From contig MU057728.1 of NCBI GenBank assembly GCA_013265495.1, positions 97,767-161,766 on the forward strand: 64,000 nt of DNA, written 5' to 3'. Below the pieces are notes generated by a model. It was not told where the DNA came from. It did no database searches and saw nothing but the letters and a program-made list of their open reading frames with translations. The translations under genes and the position numbers were made by a program. Source of the DNA: Vicugna vicugna. Lineage: Eukaryota. Positions 63,906 to 64,000 of this stretch are shown here, piece by piece; the first letter of the stretch is position 1, and each line of letters begins with the position of its first letter.

Positions 63906-64000
63906 AAAAAGGTCGAGTGCTTGTGGTCAGAGTGCAGGAGTGCAGTGAATCTGGTTTGGAGTGGGCTGAGTGGAGACTAGGAGCCTCGGGGACAGGGCGC

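Overview
GC-rich mammalian genomic DNA. It is most likely camelid, judged from four tRNA-Ala-derived SINEs of the Vic-1 type and cetartiodactyl-type L1 3' ends. The whole window lies inside the netrin-1 gene (NTN1, + strand). It holds three coding exons: 44062-44250 (laminin EGF-like repeat 2), 55382-55531 (repeat 3) and 58732-58785 (a 54-bp linker exon with no in-frame entry in the ORF track). By recollection of the human structure these are exons 3, 4 and 5. The rest is intron, filled with L1, L2, MIR, MaLR and DNA-transposon fossils plus one solo ERV-type LTR with a perfect 4-bp TSD. The most notable unexplained structures are (i) a promoter-like CpG/ETS island in intron 5 with a Kozak ATG followed by a splice donor, (ii) a degenerate ~41-bp-period array of five CCAAT-box units in intron 3, and (iii) a perfect 3x31-bp minisatellite upstream of exon 4. 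Nearly all ORFs in the track are spurious. Repeat family names and human comparisons come from memory, not from a database search, and repeat boundaries are approximate. No new biological system can be demonstrated from the sequence alone.
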